Shown: one piece after another, positions 25,561-37,860 of the stretch
How the letters are laid out: the number at the start of each line of letters is the position of its first letter
Numbering within the stretch: the first letter of the stretch is position 1
NCBI GenBank assembly: GCA_951406725.2
Contig: OX597821.1
Span: 115,382,001-115,446,000 of the forward strand
Length of the DNA stretch: 64,000 nucleotides
DNA from: Octopus vulgaris
Lineage: Eukaryota
Direction of reading: 5' to 3'
Position numbers and translations under genes: made by a program
Notes under the pieces: model-generated
Databases searched by the model: none
What the model was told of the DNA's origin: nothing
What the model saw: the letters and a program-made list of their open reading frames with translations, nothing else

Positions 25561-26200
25561 TCAGTGTTTGTTGGATGTCAGTCAGTTTGGCTTGGACTTG
25601 TTTTTTGAACCTGTGAGTAGCTGTTTTGAGTGATATTGTTGATTTGATTTGTTAAACGGTTTTATTGATTTTTGTCTGTCTGTATTGAGACAGACAAGGA
25701 AGAAGCGGTCTGCCCCTCCCTAAGGGAGAGATGGCAAGGCGAAATATGTTTGAAAATCTCAGTGTGTCGGATTTGTAGACCTCTGAGGAGGAGCTAGAAA
25801 GGGCTGTAAAGAAGATGGATAAAGAACTCGGAACTACATACGCGCGAGCTACGAAGTCGGTGGAGAAGGAAATAGACCTAGCCAAGTTGCCAAGTTATCA
25901 AGATTTCGTCAAAAAGGTCGGCGGTGAAGTGAAATTCTCACCGCCACAAAAAAGAAAAGAATGGCATGAAAAAAGAACCATCACGTACAAGGTATATGCA
26001 AATGAAAAAAGGAAAATCGAGTTAGTCGGAATGGAAGTAATTGAAGAGGGCTCTGAAAAGGACAGAAGAGGAGATAGTGTTTCTGGCAAGAGGTGTAGGA
26101 TTCGACAGCGTAGTGGTCCAATCTTAAAACGAAAGAGTGGCTAGAAGAATGGCTGCAAAGACAGTGAAGTCGGAGAAGGTATTCCTTCTGCCCTCGTATC
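25561..26200 (+). mobile_element. Same element, copy 2 (head-to-tail, 3'-truncated, A-rich)
   Basis: Starts with the same CAGTGTTTGTTGGATGTCAG; ATG at 25731 MARRNMFENLSVSDL*TSEEELERAVKKMDKELGTTYARATK. Confidence 0.85.
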
Positions 26201-26400
26201 TGGAATGGAGCGGATTAGCAACCGTCGCTTTGTTGTTCCTCTGGTCAGAAGCGTAACAAAGCGTCATTGCTTCCACTAATTCAAAAATACATCAAACCTG
26301 GCTCAGTTATCTACAGTGGTTCTTGGGCGGCTTACAAAGATATACAATCATTGGGTTATCAACATTACATGATAAACCACAAAGAAAATTTGGTTAATGT
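26201..26400 (+). pseudogene. Merlin/IS1595-like DDE transposase fragment
   Basis: GMERISNRRFVVPL / KRNKASLLPLIQKYIKPGSVIYSGSWAAYKDIQSLGYQHYMINHKENLV; the first ~65 bp are duplicated at ~23953-24018. Confidence 0.8.
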
Positions 26401-26514
26401 TTACATTTTGACCCGGAAATGAAAATCCAAAATAAATATTGGAATTGGTTTAAAACAATGTGTAGGAAACGAGTATGAAAAAAAAAGCCCGCAAAACAAC
26501 GGGAAGGTGGCGAG

Positions 26515-26770
26515 AGCACTTCGGAAAATTCACAAGATCCGAGCTTTTCCCTCGTAACCTTTAGCAAAAGGGTTTTTTTTTTTTTTCAATGAAATTTTAT
26601 AGAAATACCTTTAATGGAATACATTACGATTATAAAGAAATTTGTGGGGAGGAGAGGACTTCGGGAAATTCACAAAATCCGAGTTTTTCCCTTATAACTT
26701 TTAGGAAAATGGGGGTTTTTTCAATGAAATTTTAGATATCTTTGAAACGGCATACATTATGACTATAAAG
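26515..26770. repeat. Two ~140 bp diverged tandem units
   Basis: ACTTCGGRAAATTCACAARATCCGAG...TTCAATGAAATTTTA...TACATTA occurs twice. Confidence 0.75.
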
Positions 26771-27144
26771 GGCGATCTTTCGTTACAAAACACATGTGTT
26801 TATTTACATTTGTGAAGATGATCGTCGATTTCCGTAAAAAAAAATTATTTTTTTACATATGGGGTTGGGGGGGATGGGATCTTTTGATGTTGGCGTGAAT
26901 CGGAAGATTTGATGTGCATGCGTGCGTGTGTATGTGTGTGTGTGTTTGATGGGGTGTGCGAGACACACACATACACACACACCTACACACACACACACAT
27001 ACACACACACATACACACACACACACACACGGAACACCAACTTCTACATTAGACAAAAAAAAATTAAAACAATATCTATGAATCTGATCATAAAATAACC
27101 AACAAACACAAAACACAAAGCACTCACACACACACACACACACA

Positions 27145-27183
<39 letters not shown>

Positions 27184-27204
27184 AACGCCAAGATAGATAA
27201 ATAG

Positions 27205-28053
27205 ATATCTTTTTATTATGGCCACACAAGGCTAAACCCAGAAAATAGACAAAATACAATGTAGAGCTTTTTTTCGAGGTGGGGATGGGTGGGACACACA
27301 AAGAAAAAGTTCGATCAATAGGGATCTTTGGGTTATGTGGTGTACAAAAAAAATGAAGAAATATATAAAGTTCCCCCAAAAAAGAGGGGGAATCGATATT
27401 GTTCACAGTTTAGGTGTAGCCTTGGAAAGAAAAACCTACAAAAAAGACGAAGACTCAGGCAGTTCAAAATGTACATAAGAGTAAGTATCTTGCCCCTCGT
27501 TATAGATTTATGCTTAAAATGGTGTCGTCTTTCATTTCTGACCATTCTTGCCACATTTACCCATTTTTTATTGAAACTTTCATTCGACAACACTTTCCTC
27601 TCTATTCTCATCCTCCTTTTCAAGTGGTACTTGAAAAAGTTGACGAGAGACTGACCAGAGAGGAAAGTGTTTGTTTGTAAGCCTTTCAAACGCATCCCCC
27701 ACACACGTGATGTCAAACGGTAGGGTAGCGTTCCAATCCCCTACTAACAGTAAAGGTTGAGAAGTTCCCAGGAAAACCTCTAGACATCTGAAGAAATCCA
27801 CCCGACCCGTTAAGGACGGTGCATACACTGCCATCAGATGGAATGCACACCCATTTCTGCCATCCACGTCCAAGACAACCAGCCTACCCTCCGGGTCTAG
27901 GAATATTGATCTTATTTTTACATTTAGACTCTTTCAAAAAAGCACCACAGTACCACCACCACCCATGTTTGGCAGACAGGGAGAAAAATAAATGTCGAAT
28001 TGTCTGCCAAACATGGACGTGAGAGCCCATGGGTTACTGAGTCTGGTTTCACT
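27205..28053 (-). mobile_element. Internally deleted Tx1-like LINE within a (TATC)n microsatellite
   Basis: Endonuclease motif AVYAPSLTGRVDFF..LLVGDWNA joined to the ORF2 C-terminus FLSGQSLVNFFKYHLKRRMRIER; Tx1-type tail; GATA repeats on both flanks. Confidence 0.8.
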
Positions 28054-28054
28054 G

Positions 28055-28087
<33 letters not shown>

Positions 28088-28586
28088 TAGATAGATAAAT
28101 ATTTTATAATTATATACATAATTATAGCAAGGGATTGGCTTTACGCCTCACCACACACTGTAGAGATAGATGCCAAATACCCTATTAACCACCTTAAAAT
28201 CTCTGAGAATAACACCCTATATTGTAGGCGAGCAAAAGAAAAATAATGAACCAGCAATTTTTCAGTTAACTGCATACAAGATCCTGTTTCAAGTTTAAGG
28301 TAAAGAAATATTACCTACTGCTCTCATCAGTGACAGTATTCCATAGCATAAATTTATGAGTAGCTCAAAATATGCATGCAAGCTACAACGTCACATAACC
28401 AATATCCATCCACTCTCATAGAAATATACTGCAAAGTAGAATTCATTTCTTTCTTTCATATTCATGTGTAGTGTGGCAAGATTTAGGTCGCAGTTAATAC
28501 AGTTTCAATCAGGGAGTAAATTTTTCATATATATATATATATATATATTTTCATTTAGAGATAGTAGGCCCCTTCGTCTCATATTA

Positions 28587-28628
28587 GCTACACGTGTTTC
28601 ATAAGGTACCTCATGAAACACGTGTAGC
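28587..28628. repeat. 42-bp near-perfect palindrome
   Basis: GCTACACGTGTTTCAT-A-AGGTACCT-C-ATGAAACACGTGTAGC. Confidence 0.9.
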
Positions 28629-29789
28629 CAAGTTATAAAATAGTAGATATTTAAAATTAAAATTCTTTTTTATATGGTGAAAATATATATTTCTTCATTG
28701 AAAATAATTTGAACTCCTGTTATGCCGGAATTTATATTCCCTAACAAATAAAATTAAATATATATATATATTTAAAACAATATATGAAGCATAACCATGT
28801 CTTATATATTGGCTAATTTATTCATATCTATATATTTTCAATTGTGACCCTCTCTCCATAAGAAATAAGATTTTGTAATTGTGCTCTTGTAAGTTTTCCT
28901 TCAGAGCTGTTTGTGTAATTCTTGGTGTCAATGAAATCAATGCTGTTGATCTAATGGTACTCCATGTTTTCTAAACAAAGTTAAAATCTTCAGTTCACAA
29001 TACCAGATGAATTCAATGAAATAGCAGTTATTTTAAGAACAAGCTAAACTCTCCTGAGCTAACCCCAAAGAGTTGGTTTTTCCATTCACTATATTACGTA
29101 TGTGAAACACTCCAGATTTTTTGTTTTTGTTTTTACTTTGTAGAACACTTCTGAAGTATTTCCCCTCAGCTATATTGTTGATATTCATAATCAGCATCAC
29201 TACATTCCTTCTATATCTTTACATATGGATCACTTTTAAGTCTTGAGATGAGAGTTTTATTGAATCTGAAAATAAACTGGTGGCCTTCAGAATAAGATAG
29301 CTGCTTTTACCTTCTACTGGAGCAAGGAGATTGGTACTCGTCTGTAATTAAAGACACACTTCAGGAATTTTTCTCATTAACAGTAGTGATCTTAAATGTA
29401 TGTTAATTAGATCAGTAGAATTAGCAGTAATAGTTTTGTCTGATATTCTAATTTTGAATCCTGCTAAGAACAATTTAACCTTTTGTTCTTCTAGGGTGAA
29501 TTCTTTAAATACTGGGGTCTTTGATTATTATACTCTTCCCTACAAATATGTAGCTATGTGCTTCTATTAGAAATAAATATTATATTGAATGTATCAGTTC
29601 TATGTATCCCTAATATTAGAAATTTGGTTTCTAGAACAGTTCCTGGTGGAGACACTTTGCAATGATTTTGGGTAATTGTCTTCAGTGACAACAAAACTGT
29701 GTTAAGTCAAAAATTATTTGAAAATAAACATGTACCCTTTGCAACAAATACATTTTAGCAGATAAGCTTCCTAAGTACTTGTCACGTAA

Positions 29790-31569
29790 CACTATGCAAC
29801 ACTCAAAAAATGTACAAGAGATCTGTGGCTATTTTTATATGCAAAATGATATGGGAAATCCATAACTGGCCTTCTTTTTGTTGAATTAGGCAGGGTTTCT
29901 ACAGAATTGTCACTGTATACCCTTTTTGTCATTGTTATTAAATAAAATTCTCTACCACATTGTAAAATGGGTTTCAACCAAGGGCTAGAGATTCAATGTG
30001 ATTCAAAGCTTGTGTTTAATGTTATTTTTTATCTTTCAGATCTTATTTGTTTTCAACAATGAGTGCAAGACAATGCCAAAATGATCCAAACAGATTCTGT
30101 TATATCTGTGGGGAAAAGACTTTTGCTAAAGATTGTTACTTAGGAGACCAGGATAAGTCATGGCCTCCTCATGTGTGTTGCCTTACGTGTGTGAAGACAT
30201 TGAGTGCCTGGTATGTGGGAAAAAATGTTCACATAAAGTTTGGTGTGCCGATGATTTGGCATGAGCAGAAAGATCACTCTAATGACTGCTATTTCTGTCA
30301 CCATGACTTTACAGACTGTACTACATCAATGAAAAAGAAACACATTGTCTACCCAAATTTGCAATCAGCAATGCAGCCAGTAGAGCACTCTGGCAACTTT
30401 TCATAGATGCATCCAAGGACAGAATCAAAGCTGTTCTGTTACTCAATGGTAATACTCTGCCTTCTGTTCCCATAGCTTATAGCACAACCATGAAAGAATC
30501 ATGTGAAAATCTGAAAGCAATTCTAACAAGCATACAGCATGATGACCATACCTGGCATATTTGTGCAGATTTTAAGGTTGTGGCCATGCTTACTGGCCTT
30601 CAGCTTGGCTATACTAAATTTTGCTTCTTCCTGTGCTTATGTGATTTCAGAGCAAGAGCAGAACATTATGTACACAAGGATTGGCCGATCCGAGATGAAA
30701 TTGAGCAAGGAAAACGCAACATCATGCACAAACCACTTGTGAAAAGTGATAGAATTTTTTTACCACCTTTGCATATTAAACTTGGTTTGTTTAAGCAATT
30801 TGTGAAAGCCTTGGATAAGGAATCCTCCACATTTGCATATCTTGCAGAAAAGTTTCCTTCCCCGAGTCAAGCTAAAATTTAAAGGTTTCTTCATAGGTCC
30901 CCAAATTCGAAAAATTGTACTTGATGAAACCTTCATCACACATCTCAACAGAAAAGAGAAGCTTGCCTTTGAGTCATTCAAGAAAGTTTGTGATAACTTC
31001 CTGGGCAACCATCATTCAGAAGACTATGTGCAAGTTGTGAATGATCTGCTGAGTCATTATCATGATATGGGATGTAACATGTCTCTAAAAGTTCGTGTGC
31101 TTCACTCTCATTTGGATTTTTTTGCGGAAAATCTTGGTGATGTGAGTGATGAACATGGCGAAAGATTCCATCAGGATATTTCAGTGATGGAGCAACGATT
31201 CAAAGGTAAATGGAACCCTGGCATGTTGGCAGACTACTGCTGGGGTATAAAAAAAAGATCACACTCTGCACAAGAAGCTTAGAAGGACAAATATTGTTTA
31301 AACTGACAGGTGTGTTTTTAATTCATAACCAATATATGTTTTGTTATACCAACTAAATTTTTTTTTTTTGTAACTTTCATTATTTGCAATGTTGTGTTCA
31401 ATGCACAATATTATGCAATATATTATAAAACATATGGTTCATGGTACAGGAAAACGGTACCTAATCTGGAGAAATAAAGGTCAAAATCAGAATCAGGACA
31501 ATTTTTTGACCCAGAAACAAGTCTTACTTAACTTATACTTTTTTTGAACCTGAAATTTGTTGCACAGTG
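29790..31569 (+). mobile_element. Chapaev3-like (CMC) DNA transposon, internally deleted
   Basis: TIRs CACTATGCAACA / TGTTGCACAGTG with TAA/TTA flanks; transposase motifs inside. Confidence 0.85.
30059..31282 (+). pseudogene. Chapaev-type transposase, disrupted
   Basis: CQNDPNRFCYICG; GDQDKSWPPHVCC; VPMIWHEQKDHSNDCYFC; LPPLHIKLGLFKQFVKAL; MSLKVRVLHSHLDFF..SDEHGERFHQDI..MLADYCW. Confidence 0.88.
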
Positions 31570-32215
31570 TTACCAGTAAAAGTATCAGAATAGTACATTG
31601 GCCTGCCAAGTACAAAACACATACACTATGTATAATACCATGTTTTTGTGTTATAACAATTTATATATTTATTGGATTATTTTGAACTCTGTATACATTG
31701 TGAACCTTTTTCTTTTACAGTTGTGCCCAAATGTTTTCTGTAATGTTATATAATGAGTTTGTTTTTGTTGTTCTAACTGCTAAATTCGTTTTTGCTGCAT
31801 GTAACTATATTTTTGTTTAGTTTGTGTCATAACAAACTACCTGCAGGAGACTCTTACAGCAAGGTTCCTGCTGAGTTTTGAACTATCGCTCTCAGGTTTC
31901 CCAGCGCAGAACCTTGCTCTAAAGTATCACCACAAAAAGTAAAGTGTTGCCATAAAAGACATTAATACCTAAAAGAATAAAGCACAACCAGTCAACACTG
32001 GCTGACTTATGATTGATGCAGTAGACTTCATCAAAGGAAGTGAGCTAGTTTTCTTACCAAACAGTTTGTCGAAGGTTCCGGAAAAGTTAGTTACAGTTAA
32101 AAAGTTGGCAAATTCAACCTTAGACCAGAGTCACTCGGAATTCCACACGAACTACGTCACTGTGCTCAGTGATCTGGTTTCTTTCCTTTCACCTTCTCCC
32201 ATTTAACATGCTTAT

Positions 32216-32645
32216 ATCATCATCATCATCGTTTAACGTCCACTTTCCATGCTAGCATGGGTTGGATGGTTCGACTGGGGTCTGGGAAGTCAGGAGGCTG
32301 TACCAGGCCCAGTCTGATCTGGCAGTGTTTCTACAGCTGGATGCCCTTCCTAATGCCAACCACTCCGTGAGTGTAGTGGTTGCTTTTTACGTGCCACCGG
32401 CACAGGTGCAAGAGGAGGCTGGTAACGGCCATGATCGGTTGGTGCTTTTTACGTGCCACCGGCACGGAGGCCAGTTGGGGCGGTGCTGGCAATGGCCACG
32501 TTCGGATGGTTCTTTTACGTGCCACCAGCACTGATATCACAACTACAATTTCCATTGATTTTTGAGCGATTTCGATTTCACTTGCCTCAACAGGTCTTCG
32601 CAAGCAGAGTTTTGTGTCCCAAGAAGGAAAGGTATGCATAAGTGT
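32216..32645 (-). mobile_element. RTE 3' UTR copy
   Basis: (CAT)n tail and conserved 3' UTR. Confidence 0.9.
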
Positions 32646-32829
32646 CAACAAAAATCACCAAGCTTAAATTGTAATGTCGAATAACATTATGTTTTAAATT
32701 TCTTGTTATTATTTCGTCTTCAATGATCCCGCACTACTATAACAGAAGATTCCTAACTGTTTGTCGTTTCATGAATGTCATTCCATTAATTTCTTTATAT
32801 GCATATGTAGTGGTGATTCGAAACTTAAT

Positions 32830-33480
32830 CATCGCTAGGTAATCAGTCAGACACCACGATCGAACCATAATAGTTTCATGTGATCATTCTATTAAGTGGT
32901 CAATCAGTTTGAAATCATCATGTGATTCAGTCTTCTAGAATCTTCTTAAAAAGCTGCTTTTGGCACCTACACTCTTTGCAGAATGTCATGGCAGCTGAAT
33001 GACATGTGTCTCCATTCTTGTCAACCAGGAAGATGGCCAAGACAGAAGACTCAGACAAATGACCAAGTATCTCCATCATCACGGAGATAGCGCAATTAAT
33101 TCCAGATATGTGAAGCAAACAGCATGTTACCATACCAATAGCTTCCTGTAATCTCAGAGCAATATCTCTCTCCCAGTCAGTAATTATTGCTGTTGCTAAC
33201 TATAAATGGTCAACTAAGTTTATTTTTATGTGCGACAATAAATTCTTCTGTTAAATGTTTGCGAGTGTTGTTTTGTTGCTTCTTCACACACATATTTTCA
33301 TTCATTAACTCAATCAGCTACCATAGCGGCGTTGACAAAATGCCATACTATCCTCGTGACTTCTGGTGACACCAGACGTTCATCTTTGCCAACAGAGCCA
33401 TTAGTAACTCTCTATTCAAGAAAAGGCTTGGAGAACCATTAAAATGGACAGCTGCCATTCATCTCCTCAACATTTGGTGA
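32830..33480 (+). mobile_element. Old repeat, possibly Tc1-like; second copy in pieces at 47007-49200
   Basis: Clear DNA homology to 47007-47051, 47483-47625 and 49004-49200; weak Tc1-like motif QPGRWPRQKTQTND. Confidence 0.5.
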
Positions 33481-34319
33481 TATTCAACTCGGAAATAGTC
33501 AGAAAAAAGTTATTAAAATAGACCTGACTCATTAAGTAGGTGAACATCAACTCAATACGACTATCACAATGACAAGATCAAAAGCTGCACTTATAATTCT
33601 TACCACCACAACACCTACCTCTGTAAGCTATGATGTTGAGAACATTGTTTGCTTTGGTGCATGTTTCATCTTGTTTGAAATAGCAGTCAAATCTAGCCTT
33701 CAACACCGAGGAAAGTCTCTAATTTGAATGAATGATTCCGGAGTGAAGTTGATCCTGAAATCCTGAACCTTTCCAAGTTTGCTATAATGGCTACTATTTA
33801 ATCTTTCCATATCCTTTCATTTGCGTGGTTCAAATTAATTTGTGCTTTAAATATGGCCACTTCACGTGGTATTATGGGTATTCAAAGAGAATATTTTTAA
33901 TACAGACACTTATCTTCCTACCCTCATCTCTTCCATTTCCTCTGAACTGGTGAGTTTTCTCAAGAGGACCAAAAACAGAATTCAGCCACTGATAGACGCA
34001 CGCAATGGCATCTGCCTTGTTATTTCAACTCTCATGACCAAAGAAATCTAGTCGGTTTGGCTGCCAGCTTCAATTCTGTTCGAATTGATTTCATATTAAG
34101 TGTAATGATACACTTTTATTGGCTAATGAATGATGTGAAAATAATTTTCGCTATGAATCAATAAATAAAGAGTTACTAGCAATTAAAATTTGAAAATGTT
34201 GGTGATTTTAGCCAATTGTAAGCCATAAACACATTCATGCCTGTTTCCATAGTGACAAGCGGAACATGAGAACTCTTTTGTCTGCAAGAAAGCACTTGTT
34301 GACAAATATATTGAAACAA

Positions 34320-34470
34320 CTTTTGTTAACCTGAAAGGTGGTGCCCACACTCAACAATTGGATAGTACGTGGGCCTCTGTGAAGCGAGGTACTAAACGAT
34401 GCTGTTGCACTCACCATTGTATGGTAGATTGATATCTCTGTGAATTTATGTGGTGCAGGAGATACAAAGT
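34320..34470 (+). pseudogene. Merlin transposase C-terminal fragment
   Basis: GAHTQQLDSTWASVKRGTKR..THHCMVD*YLCEFMWCRRY. Confidence 0.75.
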
Positions 34471-34795
34471 TGTGATTTGGTGAAAAATTGACTGAATGTA
34501 TTTCTAACTTTCATTTTTAGTTTTAAAAATATTTTGTAGTGTGTTGTTCATTGCATGCTTAAATGTTTGTTTTTGAAGCGTATTTTGTTCACTCCTTTAT
34601 TTTCATTTATAACATATAAACATGTTCATCTTTTAGAACATTGTCATTTTATAAAATTTTGCAGGCAAATTTACATGAAAGAAAACTACCAGAAAACTTT
34701 CATCTAATTCCTCCAAATCTTTCTGTTAAAACTATAGCATACAGTTAGGGATGTTCCTCTCTCTCTCTCTCTGTTATATATACATAAATACAAAC

Positions 34796-35705
34796 GTAGT
34801 AGATAACATCTAACCTTCAGCTGCCCTTGTGGACCCTGTTGTGTCCACTACTCTGGTTGGTATTGGCGCAGTTTGTGTGTCTTGCTCTGTTGTGCGCCAA
34901 TATCCAACCCAACCAATCACAGACTTCTGACAAGGTCACGTGAGACAGTCTCTTCCAAACTTCCCGTGAGCTGATAGCACAGTATAAAACGCTAGCTTTA
35001 CACCATCTCGAGGTCTTTCAGTTCCAGACCTTTTAAGATCTAGCCACTGACCACACAGGACACAGCCAGTTCCAGCGACAGCACAACAGCAGCCATATGG
35101 AGACGCAGCAACACTTGTCCAACAGCATATGGCAGTCACTTTCTTCGTTGCCTCCGTCATCTTAATGTCGTCAACAACATCTCTCTACGTACACAGCAAC
35201 TAACAACCGTCGCACATGTTTGTGAATTACTTCAGCATGGTTAACAGCAAATACAACCTGCGAGAACTCCTGTAATAAGTAACCGGCTCTGCATCGTAGC
35301 CACGACTTCTCGTACGATATGTACTTCAATCGGCTCTGCATTATTGCCACAACTTCTTGTTACAGCACTTCAACTATCATGTACCTTGACTACGAACTGG
35401 TATTTATCATCCTCGTGTCTGAACATTCTTCTAGCATCCTATTATAGACTCTTTCAGTGCTCTGTACTTAATGCACACACATACACATTGTATACATGAC
35501 GGCCTGTCTATTATTATGTATTTGTGACACATACATACACATGTTAACATATAAATAAAATCTTCTCTTAAACATTCTACCCGGTTGTGTTCCTCTTTTC
35601 CTTCTGGCACTTATACTAATTTATCCTTTTCATATTTATTGTATCGACCATGTGATGTACTAAAGGAGCTATTCTCATCACCTCTCCTTTGCACGGTCGT
35701 CTACA
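34796..35705 (+). mobile_element. Candidate solo LTR
   Basis: AAAC|GTAG ... CTACA|AAAC (terminal T missing on the left); internal TATAAAA near 34984 and AATAAA near 35554. Confidence 0.4.
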
Positions 35706-35959
35706 AAACTGTATTGAAACCATTTGTGGGGAAAAAGTGTAATGTGTTTATCGCATGTAAAGTGTTGTTCATCACATTTGCATTAAATGCATATTGAAAG
35801 CTTAAAACTACTTGTTTACTCGTTTCTTTTTGTCATTGAGGTGGTTGTGAGGCGTGCTAAAAATAACGGCTAAATAACGTTTTTTGGATAATTCTTTTAA
35901 GTTCCTGCTATCGCATTAAATTCATATTGAATGCTTCAAACTACAAAACGCCATTTTCA

Positions 35960-36837
35960 GGATATTGACGACAAAATGTGCAGTCACACACAAAATGTCA
36001 GCTTCCAAATCCTGCTTCCTGACTAGGTGAAAAATAATCAAACTTTAAACCTCTATAACTTTTCTAAAACATTTTTCTGGAAAGTGTGAAATAACTCCAG
36101 CAATTCAGCAACAAGACAGTGAAGGAGAAAGCAGAGATGAAAATGAGGAAGATGTAAGAGAAAGAATTTCTATTGATCAGTTAATTCAGCCAGCAGGTGA
36201 ACTGCTAAAAGGTCTAGAACAATGCAGTTTTATAAGTGAGCAAAAAAATTATGAACATGGTGCTCCGACAACTAACAACTGATGCCGGCAGTTTGTTCCA
36301 TGCTTCAGCAACTCTCAGCATGAAAAAATGTTTCCTAAACGCTGCAGGATAAACTGATCAAAGAAAGGCCAAGATATACGAAACAGCTTAGCTTGCAAGA
36401 TATGTTTTAAAAAACAGCTAGAAAGTGTACGACAGAAGAGTCATCACTTGAAAATTTAGTGCTTTCAACATCATCTCGCCCAGATGTGCTGCCGCCATCA
36501 TAATCAGTTCCTGATATTTCACTCACCTTACAAGATGATGAAGATAGAAGGCCTGACAGCCCTTCACTTCAAGAAGATGCCAATCTTGATATCCTCTCAC
36601 TTCAGTGATGATCTTTGTGTACGTCAACAGAACTTTACCACTCATTTTACCTGAGTTTTATTAAGATTTAATTTAACTTCATTTGATTTCATTAAAATTT
36701 CATTTGATGTTTCTCTTTTCCTTATTAATCAACTTGCACTGATTCACAGGGTATTTTACCTAACCTATCATTCTTAATCAATCAATAATCCAGCACTCAC
36801 CAGGTACGAATAATGCCAGATAATAAGTAGTTAACTG
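35960..36837 (+). mobile_element. Tigger/pogo-like transposon 3' remnant containing a CR1 fragment
   Basis: ISIDQLIQ..ELLKGLEQCSFISEQK / LQDKLIKERPRYTKQLSLQDMF; right end ...TAGTTAACTG|TA. Confidence 0.6.
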
Positions 36838-36852
36838 TATAATTCAACATCA

Positions 36853-37280
36853 TAATCATCATCATCATCGTTTAACGTCCGCTTTCCATGCTAGCATGGG
36901 TTGGACGATTTTGACTGAGGGCTGGCGAACCAGATGGCTGCACCAGGTTCCGATCTTGATTTGGCAGAGTTTCTACAGCTGGATGCCCTTCCTAATGCCA
37001 ACCACTTTGAGAGTGTAGTGGGTGCTTTTTACGTGCCACTGGCATGGGGGTCAGTCATGCAGTACTGGCAATGACCTCACTCGAATCTTTTTACACATGC
37101 CACCAGCATAGGGGCCAATAAGGTGATGTTGGTAATGATCACGCTCAAATGGTGCCCTTTTACGTGCCACTGGCATGGAAGCCAGTTGGCTGCTCTGGCA
37201 ATGATCATGCCCAGATGGTGCTCTTGGCACCCTACTAGCACAGGCACAAGTGCCAGTAAGGCACTGGTAATGATCATGGA
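36853..37280 (-). mobile_element. RTE 3' UTR copy (second subfamily)
   Basis: (CAT)n tail; variant shared with 63773-64000. Confidence 0.85.
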
Positions 37281-37699
37281 TGAATACCCCTAAAGACTTA
37301 GCCAGGGCCGGCTCAAGGTACCGGCGCATTACAAAGACAAAGAAATTTCCATAACTGTCAGCTTATACACATGTAAGTTCAGCTTGCTCAGGGTGCCAGC
37401 AACCTTCGGGCCAGCCATGGACTTAGCAAACACCTTGATTATACTTCACAGTTTACTGTGAAAATACAGCATATCAAGGGCACTGAAAAGTTTCTTTAGC
37501 AGAAATAGCAGCTAACATGAACCAGGCAGCTGTATTTCACGGCCCAGCAGAAGCTGGCAACACAACATCAAATTGCAACAAAACTGTTTTGTACACTTGA
37601 TTTCACAAAAAGACTCTCAAGAACTTTTTCTGTGCATGTTATGTTTACTTTACATTTTATTTTTATTAAAAAATGAAAAAAAAGAAACATGCCTTGTCC

Positions 37700-37860
37700 T
37701 GTGGCTGTGTGGTAAGAAGCTTGCTTATCAACTACATGGTTCTAGGTTCAGTCTCACTGCATGGCACCTTGGGTAAGTGTCTTCTACTATAGCCTCAGGC
37801 TGACCAAAGCTTTGTGAGTAGATTTGGTAGACAGAAGCTGAAAAAAGCCCGTCATATATA
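37700..37860 (+). mobile_element. CORE-like tRNA SINE 5' half
   Basis: TGGCTGTGTGGTAAGAAGCTTGC...GGCACCTTGGGTAAGTGTCTT. Confidence 0.85.
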
